Source: an uncultured virus (IMG/VR IMGVR_UViG_3300044986_000857) (Duplodnaviria > Heunggongvirae > Uroviricota > Caudoviricetes). Taken from it: DNA of 20,000 bases. The first letter of the stretch is position 1. Every line of letters starts with the position of its first letter. Below, piece by piece: positions 16,184-20,000 of the stretch. The stretch is from the IMG/VR virus record IMGVR_UViG_3300044986_000857. One strand, 5' to 3'. A program made the translations under genes and the position numbers. Under the pieces are notes generated by a model. The model saw only the letters and a program-made list of their open reading frames with translations, searched no databases and was not told the origin of the DNA.

Positions 16184-17833
16184 TCAGCGCGGTCCGTGCT
16201 TGCGGTCCCAATCGATCCCGACGCCGGCACCGTATTTTTCCAGCTGCGACGCGATCGAGCGCTTGAAGCGCGGCTCTTGGAGCACCTGTTCGGCGTAGGG
16301 TTCCTCGTTCTTCTCGCCGATGATGTCCTCGGCGAACGCAAGCCACTCGCGCCCCGTCCACGCGAGCCACCACGGCGGCTCCATCTGCATGAGAGCTTGC
16401 ATGACGCGCCGCTGGAACGCGCCCCACTCGGGCTGCAAGAGCACGTCGGCGAGGCTCGTGTACTGCAACAGGTCGACGAGGTAGTTGAGAGCGGCGTGCT
16501 CGCGGTCGATCGGCATCGCCGCGCCCGTGCGGAATCGCGTGTACTTGGGCGGCGGCGGGATGCCGGCGTCGACGTACTTGCCCTTCTTCGCCTCGGCGAT
16601 CACACGCTTGATCGGAATCTCCGGCCCCCACCCCATGCCCTCGGCGAACATGACCCCGACGATGCTCGACGGCGGGATGGGTTGGTGGACCATCGCCTGC
16701 GCCTTGCGCGTCTTGTCGTGCGTCAGGTAGTCGTCGATGTCGACGTCGAGCCACATGTAGGGCACTTCCAGCACGAAGCAGATCGGACGCCCGCCGACCT
16801 TCTGCACCGCGCGCGAGGCGTACATGTCCGTCGCGTTCTGATCGAAGGCCACGAACACGCCCGGCGACGTGCCCTCCCACGCCTTGCGGGATTCATCGAA
16901 CGACAGCCCCGACGTGACGACGGGCCAGAACGCGGCCGTGGACGTGCCGTGGTAGACGAGCGCGAACCGGCCCATCTTCGTCGCGGTCTTCTTGAAGCTC
17001 GGCTCCAAGGGGTCGTCGATGGCGTCGAGCATGAGGGGGTTTTCCTGCGCCTCGTCGCCTTCGTCCCACTCGGGGTTCTTGTACGTCGCCACGCGCGTCG
17101 GCGAGCGAGCGCGCGTCCCTCTCGCGGGTGCGCTCGCCTCTGCGCGGCGCTTCCGTCGCACGGCGTCGGCCACTTCTTCCTTCGACATTCGCATCGCCTC
17201 GCGTTCTGGTCGGCACTTCGGGTAGTCCGCGGGGTCGTCGGAGCGCTTGCGCCCGCACGGCTCGTAGCCGACGACCTCGCCGTCCTCACGGATGGGGCGG
17301 GACAAGTCGACCCAATGCTCGCCGAACCACTTGGTCAGGCCCGTGCGCTCCTTGCGCCCCGCGCCAGCGTATCGCCCGCCGCGCTCCTTGTAGGTCTTCA
17401 CGACCCACCCGCTCGCGTAGGCCGAGGGCCACACGGCGAACTTGCGCTTGGCTTCTGCGACGACGGAGTCGTAGAGGTCTTGGTCGAGGGGTTTGCGCGC
17501 GGGGTTTTCTTCGGGGTTCCTGCGCTTCGCCGCGGCCTCGGCCTCGGCCTGCCGCTCGATGTCGGCGAACATTTGCGCCTCAAAGTCGTCGGGGCGCAGG
17601 CGTTCGCGTCGGTAGAAGGGGTTTGGTTCCGCGGCGATGTCTTCCAAGAGCGCCGCGCGCTCGCGGTAGGCGGCGGCGGCTTCGTCGCCCAGCCGCTCGG
17701 CGCGGTTCCGCAACTCCCGCGCGACCCGCAAGAGCGTTTCCTGCTCGTCGCCGCCCATGCCGGAAATCGCGTAGGTGTTGTAGGACTCTTCCAGAAGCCG
17801 CAGAGCGTCGGCGTCACCTTGTTTGCGTGCCAT
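16184..17833 (-). CDS. multidomain protein (549 aa): helical N-terminus, DUF5872-like domain, ADP-ribosyltransferase-fold (HGT-type) domain
   Basis: AKRKFAVWPSAYASGWVVKTYKERGGRY..GLTKWFGEHWVD..CGR..YPKCRP (DUF5872-like); VYHGTS..GL..GVFVA..IPPSSI (ART/Tpt1-like fold). Confidence 0.7.
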   Translation of the reverse strand: MARKQGDADALRLLEESYNTYAISGMGGDEQETLLRVARELRNRAERLGDEAAAAYRERAALLEDIAAEPNPFYRRERLRPDDFEAQMFADIERQAEAEAAAKRRNPEENPARKPLDQDLYDSVVAEAKRKFAVWPSAYASGWVVKTYKERGGRYAGAGRKERTGLTKWFGEHWVDLSRPIREDGEVVGYEPCGRKRSDDPADYPKCRPEREAMRMSKEEVADAVRRKRRAEASAPARGTRARSPTRVATYKNPEWDEGDEAQENPLMLDAIDDPLEPSFKKTATKMGRFALVYHGTSTAAFWPVVTSGLSFDESRKAWEGTSPGVFVAFDQNATDMYASRAVQKVGGRPICFVLEVPYMWLDVDIDDYLTHDKTRKAQAMVHQPIPPSSIVGVMFAEGMGWGPEIPIKRVIAEAKKGKYVDAGIPPPPKYTRFRTGAAMPIDREHAALNYLVDLLQYTSLADVLLQPEWGAFQRRVMQALMQMEPPWWLAWTGREWLAFAEDIIGEKNEEPYAEQVLQEPRFKRSIASQLEKYGAGVGIDWDRKHGPR

Positions 17834-17864
17834 GCGCGCGAGCCTATCGCGCTTGGAGCGCTAC
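17834..17864 (-). promoter_or_regulatory. conserved putative leaderless late promoter, copy 5
   Basis: GTAGC-N13-TAGGCT-N7-ATG(17833). Confidence 0.75.
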
Positions 17865-17865
17865 G

Positions 17866-19557
17866 TCAGCGGCGTCGGCGCGGGTTGGGCAGCGGCTCGC
17901 GAACGCGCGTCACGGGCCAGACCTGTTCGCGCGCCAGCGGGCGGTAGGTCCAGATGACGCTGTCGGTGTTGAGGTCTTCCCAATCGTAGTCGCGGACGGC
18001 TTCTTTGACGCCTTCTAGGTCCAGCGTGTCTTTGCCGAACATCGCCTGCGCGGCTTCGTCGGCGACGAAGGGGTCGCGGTAGACCGCGCCGTCGTAACCC
18101 AGCGTCTCCAACGCGCGCTTGAAGGCCGGCGTCTCGACGAACGCGAAGGTGTCGGCTGCCATCGCAAGCGACACGCGAATCTGCTCGTCTCGGTCGTCGA
18201 ACTCCGCGCCGTCCCAGATGTCGAGGTACTGCGCCAACGGAAGCTGATCGAAAGACAGGCCCAGCGCCACGCCCGGCTCGTCCTCGTCGACTTCGTGCGC
18301 TTCCTTGATCTGGTACGAGAACGCCGGCAGCTTCATCAGGTTGCGCGTGATGGCCTTTTTCGGTTCGTGCCACGAAGGAAGCGCCTTCGCGTTTTCGCGG
18401 TTCGACAAGTGCCGGAGAATCTTCACCGTCTCGTCGAACGGAGTCTTGCCGTCCCAATACCCAACCAACGTCAGCACGTCGTAGAAGGTCAGGAAGTGGT
18501 ACTTGATGACGAGCGGGTTCTTCAAGCACAGGTACGCCGCGAAGACGTTGCTCTCGTCGGTGAACCTGCCCTGCTGCGACGAGTAGATGGACGCGACCTC
18601 GGGCGACGTCGTGAAGGAGTCCATGACGAGGCGAGCTTGCAGCGCACCGCCGCCAGCGGTCTGCCCGCGGTAGAACACCTTGGGCGAGCCGTCGGCGTTC
18701 TTGACGTGCTCGCTCGCGTCCGCGAACCACGCGCGGAACTCGGGGCTGGCGGTTTCGGGGTCGAAGGCGGGGTTGCTGCGGCGCATGTTCGGTGTTCCGG
18801 CGTCGTCGACGCTCTTGCGTTGGAAGTACTCGCGAGCCTCTTGCAAATACTTGCGTTCGTATTCTTGCAAGTCCTCGTCGAGCCGACCTTCGTACAGGTC
18901 TAGGGACATTTGGTGTGAAGACAGTTCATCCTCGGCGTCTTTCTGCTGCGCCTCTGCTTCATCGTACATCGCTGTCGTTTCGAGCAGCGTGACGGCGCGT
19001 GTATCGTAGACGGCGATCTCGTAGCTGCCATCCGGCAGCTTCTCAAACGCGCCCGTAACACCCGCCTTGAGCAAGGCTTTGCGCCCCTCCATCGGGCCGA
19101 GAAGAGCGAAGATCGCACCAATCTTTCCGCCGCCGTGCTCGCCTCGGCGCTGTCCGCGTACGTTGTAGATGGTCCCGTTGGCGCTGCGTTGGACTCTCGA
19201 CTCAAACCCGCCCACGCGCACAACGTCTTCCAGCAGGGCGGCCAGATTGTCGCGCAGCCAGCGCGGCGTTCCCATCACCGGGTCATACAAACCCTTGGTC
19301 TTTATCAGCACCTTGTGCTTGGTGGGCCGATTGCCGCCGTACTTCAAGTACCTCTCAGCAATACCCTCGTCGGTTGCGAAGTACACGCCGGGGCCAAGGA
19401 TGCTAGAGAAGCCGCCCCCAGACGCTCCTTCGCCCGTGCCCACATAGCTGACATCCGGCTTGTTGCCGGACCAAGGGCGACCGCAGTTGTACGCGATCAC
19501 CTGTCGGGGCAAAGCCGGGTTTGGTGTGTCTTCCGCCGCGGGATTCTTGCGTGCCAT
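17866..19557 (-). CDS. polyvalent-type protein (563 aa) with two ART-PolyVal-like ADP-ribosyltransferase domains
   Basis: Domain 1: VGTGEGA..GPGVYFATDEGIAERY. Domain 2: SPEFRAWF..NADGSPKVFYRG..FTTSPEVASIY..VFAAYLCLKNPL..LGYDGAVY. Confidence 0.7.
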   Translation of the reverse strand: MARKNPAAEDTPNPALPRQVIAYNCGRPWSGNKPDVSYVGTGEGASGGGFSSILGPGVYFATDEGIAERYLKYGGNRPTKHKVLIKTKGLYDPVMGTPRWLRDNLAALLEDVVRVGGFESRVQRSANGTIYNVRGQRRGEHGGGKIGAIFALLGPMEGRKALLKAGVTGAFEKLPDGSYEIAVYDTRAVTLLETTAMYDEAEAQQKDAEDELSSHQMSLDLYEGRLDEDLQEYERKYLQEAREYFQRKSVDDAGTPNMRRSNPAFDPETASPEFRAWFADASEHVKNADGSPKVFYRGQTAGGGALQARLVMDSFTTSPEVASIYSSQQGRFTDESNVFAAYLCLKNPLVIKYHFLTFYDVLTLVGYWDGKTPFDETVKILRHLSNRENAKALPSWHEPKKAITRNLMKLPAFSYQIKEAHEVDEDEPGVALGLSFDQLPLAQYLDIWDGAEFDDRDEQIRVSLAMAADTFAFVETPAFKRALETLGYDGAVYRDPFVADEAAQAMFGKDTLDLEGVKEAVRDYDWEDLNTDSVIWTYRPLAREQVWPVTRVREPLPNPRRRR

Positions 19558-19588
19558 GCGCGCGAGCCTACCGCGCCCGGGGCGCTAC
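19558..19588 (-). promoter_or_regulatory. conserved putative leaderless late promoter, copy 6
   Basis: GTAGC-N13-TAGGCT-N7-ATG(19557); the TAG of GTAGC is the stop codon of the upstream gene. Confidence 0.75.
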
Positions 19589-19998
19589 GCGAGCGCGGCG
19601 CGCACGGCGTCAAAGAACTCTTTGTGGTCGTGGTACTCGGGGCCGCCCTCGCCCAGCTGCTCCCAGAGCATCCATTGAGCGCGAGCGAGGCCTATGGGGT
19701 CGGCCGGGTCGAAGTAGGGCGTGCGGGTCAGAATCTCGCGCTCGGCGTCGGCGTAGCGCGCGTACCGCTCTTCGGAGAGTCGGCCGTCCTTCGTCTTCGT
19801 CGACAGGTACTCGCTTGCCTTCTTGCCCTCTTGCGCGCTGCCGTACGCCCACGAAAGGATGCGCGCGTCGAGGCACCCGGCGTTGTTGCCGACGAGCGCC
19901 AGCACGAACGACAGCTTCGCGATCGACAAGCCAAGCGGCAGCGACGTGTTCAAGCACAAGTCGCGGCGAAGCTCGTCGTCGCGCATGCCCTCCTGCAT
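19585..19998 (-). CDS. probably 5'-truncated protein ending in an HhH-GPD/Ogg-like DNA glycosylase-type domain
   Basis: LPLGLSIAKLSFVLALVG (HhH-like with Lys), CLDARIL (conserved Asp), Y..YADAE, AQWMLW; ORF runs to the window edge. Confidence 0.55.
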   Translation of the reverse strand: MQEGMRDDELRRDLCLNTSLPLGLSIAKLSFVLALVGNNAGCLDARILSWAYGSAQEGKKASEYLSTKTKDGRLSEERYARYADAEREILTRTPYFDPADPIGLARAQWMLWEQLGEGGPEYHDHKEFFDAVRAALA

Positions 19999-20000
19999 CC

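Noticed and set aside
16196..17947. 583-aa + strand ORF
   Set aside because: Antisense shadow of the 549-aa minus-strand gene. Its Arg/His/Val/Leu-rich composition is typical of the reverse frame of high-GC genes, and it has no recognisable motifs.
18513..18524. LKNPL within the second ART-like domain as another NP boundary signal
   Set aside because: It is part of the conserved YLxxKNP strand of ART-PolyVal-like domains, not a linker.
16152..19588. Intergenic repeats as a CRISPR array or integron attC sites
   Set aside because: The repeats are separated by whole genes of about 1.7 kb, lack GTTRRRY/RYYYAAC ends, and no cas or integrase gene is in the window.

Overview
High-GC (roughly 65% by spot counts), gene-dense window that reads as part of a bacterial virus genome. 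No capsid, terminase, portal, packaging ATPase, integrase, rRNA, tRNA or CRISPR array is visible. It has three blocks. (1) 1-11091, mostly + strand, structural/late: two or three fibre/spike genes, then a run of proteins, many with a C-terminal TM helix plus basic tail. These include a lambda-R-like muramidase, a CHAP protein and an SGNH esterase, and several carry a shared [V/I/L/A]-x-G-L-G motif. A two-gene minus-strand regulator island (MarR-like) interrupts the block. (2) 11088-15340, minus strand, early-type: small translationally coupled genes behind a TTGACA-N17-TACCTT promoter, including a phage N6-adenine methyltransferase and two HTH proteins. (3) 15348-20000, minus strand: larger modular proteins (ADP-ribosyltransferase-like, DUF5872-like, HhH-glycosylase-like) whose domains are bounded by Asn-Pro motifs. 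Six genes in blocks 1 and 3 share an upstream GTAGC-N12-14-TAnnnT-N6-7-ATG element, a probable virus-specific leaderless late promoter. Best hypothesis (inference): a tailless, internal-membrane virus using two peptide signals, xxGLG on membrane proteins and NP on packaged polyvalent effector proteins. All family assignments come from motif recognition by eye, not from database searches.
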